A DNA stretch of 64,000 bases from Selaginella moellendorffii (Eukaryota; Plantae; Lycopodiophyta), in assembly GCF_000143415.4 (NCBI RefSeq), contig NW_003314263.1, forward strand, positions 3,354,956 through 3,418,955. Reading direction: 5' to 3'. The notes beneath the pieces are model-generated. The model had not been told where the DNA came from and did no database searches. It was given only the letters and a program-made list of their open reading frames with translations. The translations under genes and the position numbers were made by a program. Shown here piece after piece: positions 61,100 through 64,000 of this stretch. Numbering within the stretch: position 1 is the stretch's first letter; each line of letters begins with the position of its first letter.

Positions 61100-62900
61100 C
61101 TCGTGAGAAGTTTCCTACTGCAGAACCATCGTTATAGCAAATAACATTCCAATTTTCACAAATGAAGATCTCAAAAATATTCGGAGCATCGGAAACAGGG
61201 AGGATTCGTTTAATTTACTTGCTGAGATGGTCATTCCCTGGTCAAGAAAGCCGTTATCGGTGGATTGGAGAAAAATCTAGTAAAGCATCCAGTACGGAGC
61301 ACTATGCAGTTTCTTCAACATTCTTTTGTTGCACTCGTTGCAAAGCCGCAGGAATTATGAGCGTTGCACAGCTTGCAATTTCTACTACTGGCCGAGGATC
61401 GTCTGGAGCAAGACTCAGCTGCAAGATCCGTTCAAGAGACTGGTAGGCCTTTTAATGCACTTGTGGCTTGACTCTTTTCATCCTCAGGTGAAAGACGTCT
61501 TGAAGAAGGAGCAATGGTGCTGGTGGACAGGTGCGTGGTCTGTAGTTTGACAAAATGAGCGACATTGATCGCGTTGCCATTCACGAAGTTATGGAACAGC
61601 AAACAGTATGCCCGTTGCAGTGTCGTGGCTGCAGCGAATCCTATCTACAGAACTGTAAGTCTTGAACGCAATGCTAATCAATCACTGATGTTTGTTCCAG
61701 TACGATCGATCACTTACTCCTACAAAACTTGTAACAAAAGATATAGGGCTTCCGGACTCCCTTCTGTCACGATTCGACTTATTGTTTATTGTTCTTGATC
61801 AATTGGATGCAGATACTGACCGCAAAATTTCTAAGCATGTGCTGGGAATGCACCGTTTTCGAGCACCCGGCGAAGATGGAAGTAAATAGCGAGCCTAGTA
61901 TGTTTTTGAATGGTGACAATGGCTTTTCAGGTCTGCCCGCTGTAGGAAATGTCGAGAACGATGAACATGAATTAGGAACTACGATGTTTGTGAAGTATAA
62001 TCGTTTCTTGCACGGGGCAAACAAGAACTTCGCGCGAAAAGTCTACAAATAACGATAAGTTTTTTAAAAAGTTCATAAATCATGCCAAGAGTAAGTGAAT
62101 GAAGAGGTAAGTTTTTCCCTCGTGTGTCGTTGGCGCTTTGATTCCCATGCTTTGCAGGCATCAACCGAAATCATCAAGGCTTACGCAATTATGGAAAGTC
62201 GTAGTTCTGAGGTACGTAAATAACTGGGGTCACTCTCTCATGTTTTCTCCCACAGTCAGGAGGCACTTTGCCAATCACGCTCGAGACCATGATACGTCTT
62301 TCAACCGCACATGGAAAGCTCAAGGCAAATATGGTGTTTCTTCATCAGGAATGACATGATAACTTCATCTCTCTCTTTTTACAGGTGCTGAAGGAGGACG
62401 TGAAAGAAGCTCTAATAGTAATGAGATTTGCTACATATGACGAAGCGCTAAACGAGAGAAGGAAAAAAAAAAAAAAACAGGATGCGGAACAGGAAACCCC
62501 GGGTACAGAGAGGTATGTTCGATCAATCCTTTGCCTTTCTCGGCTCATGTTGATCTTTATTTGCAGATGGAAACGGCGTAGAAGTAACGGTGGCACAGCC
62601 GAGGAGCCTCCAATAACAAGGCTCATTTCATTCACATCTAGGAGTACTCAATGCTGAACCCCTCTCTTCTTTCCCAGTTGACGCTGCAGACGCTCCGCAA
62701 AGCGTCCAAGATGTCACTGTTCTCTAAGATGGGACCATGAAGTTCATGTCATGTTTCGTTTGAAAGGTTCTTGCTTATTTCTCCTTGACGTTCTTCATAG
62801 GACCAATCTCAAAGTAGGACAACATCCCTAGTGCAATCGACCACAAAAGATGGGATTGCACCGACAATCCACCACCATTCTCACGCAAGGAGATCAATTT
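61100..62900 (+). pseudogene. MCM3: MCM3 pseudogene (intron-containing, deleted/frameshifted)
   Basis: STTGRGSSG; GAMVLVDR..FDKMSDIDRVAIHEVMEQQT; ARCSVVAAANPIY; [28 protein letters not shown]; key segments missing. Confidence 0.85.
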
Positions 62901-62958
62901 TTTTCTCAGGAAATAAATATAAATCTAGTGGAACTATTTAACCCACTTAACAAGTAAT

Positions 62959-63030
62959 GTGGCTGTAGTTTAGTGGTGAGAATTCCACGTTGTGGCCGTG
63001 GAGACCTGGGCTCGAATCCCAGCAGCCACA
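62959..63030 (+). tRNA. tRNA-His(GTG)
   Basis: GTGGCTG/CAGCCAC acceptor stem, CCACG-TTGTGGC-CGTGG anticodon arm, plant tRNA-His sequence, downstream TTTT. Confidence 0.95.
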
Positions 63031-63226
63031 TCCATTTTGTGCTAAACAAAATTGTAGTCTGGTTCTTTATTCTTTATTCTTTGTTTGAGTTGCTAATCGA
63101 CAAATCCCCGAGAAGACTTTTCTTTTCCAGCAATAACCTCACTGTCCTTTCACGCAAATAAAAGCACAAGACCAGCACCACAATATCACATCTCAATCGT
63201 GCGTGCAACTGTTGCCTTCTTGAGCT

Positions 63227-64000
63227 ATGGCGGACTCGCAGTAAGTGTTCTGGAGAAATACTTCTTACATTTGCTTGACTCAAGTCTCTTCCATGTAAAT
63301 CAATGCTCTTTTCCTGGACAACCAAGATGGTGGTCCAAAGATACAATTGCGGTGGTGACTGGGAGCAACAAGGGGCTCGGATTTGCCATTGCTCAAGGCC
63401 TGGCCCTCAAGGGAGTGACTACAATCCTGACATCCAGAGACGAGCAAAGGGGATTGGCGGCTCTAAATTCTCTCAAGAAGGATCAAAAGATCAATCCGGA
63501 AACGCTTCACTTCCATGTCTTGGACGTGAGAAGCCCGTCATCCATCCAAAACTTTGCTAAATGGATCGAAACTAAGTTCAATGGCGTTGACATATTGGTA
63601 TGTTTGAGTTCTCCCCTGAATTCTGGCAATAATTAATGAATCTATGTTATAAAGGTTAACAATGCTGGAATCTCAAGAAATGATCACTTGGGAAATCCAA
63701 CAGTGGAGAGTTCCAAGGATGTTATCAGCACGAACTACTACGGAACGAGGATGGTGATCGAGTGCTTGCTCCCTCTCTTAAGATCACAATCTCCCCATGG
63801 GTCTCGCATCATCAATGTGAGTTCAGCAACAAGCCGAATGGATGTAAGTCTCTTCTGGATTTAGCTATAAACTCTCGGTGCTTAACAGGCTCTTCGAAAC
63901 CAAGCCGTGGTACAAAAGATTTCTAACATTGACAAGCTCTCAGTCGAAACTTTGGACGAAGTGGCAGAGGAGTTCATCGAGGACGTGGAGCATGGCCAAC
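63227..64000 (+). CDS. SDR paralog of 44489, runs off the window end
   Basis: WWSKDTIAVVTGSNKGLG..., same exon structure. Confidence 0.92.

Overview
Eukaryotic (plant) nuclear DNA. It is gene-dense with very short (~50-70 bp) GT-AG introns and carries S-motif-rich PLS PPR, plastid peptidoglycan MurJ and flagellar SAXO genes. These point to a seed-free land plant, most likely the lycophyte Selaginella (inference). 1-8.2 kb: a young non-coding LTR retroelement (412-7677, CAAGT target duplication) nested in an old gypsy integrase relic. Intact genes follow: a WWE+PARP-like ADP-ribosyltransferase, USP, MRS2, MSL2/3-like, SAXO/FAM154, an intronless Sec61-alpha, a 2OG dioxygenase, SCAMP, F-box, Myosin_TH1, TGA bZIP, PPR, two SDRs, two BCS1-type AAA ATPases, MurJ, a RING E3 and tRNA-His. 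Many deletion-riddled duplicates lie between them (WWE-PARP x3, TGA, PPR, F-box, MurJ, RING, MCM3, TFIIIA-like, tRNA-Met x3, tRNA-His). Most notable: (1) a locally expanded minimal WWE-ART family without an RST domain; (2) a Sec61-alpha paralog lacking the plug helix; (3) a well-preserved P5SM-like RNA element inside a decayed TFIIIA-like relic; (4) a triplicated in-frame 12-nt microexon candidate in USP; (5) a fully one-directional CpG>CpA difference pattern between the LTRs; (6) a two-exon small secreted peptide with CLE-like proline spacing. All calls were made by eye and no searches were run.
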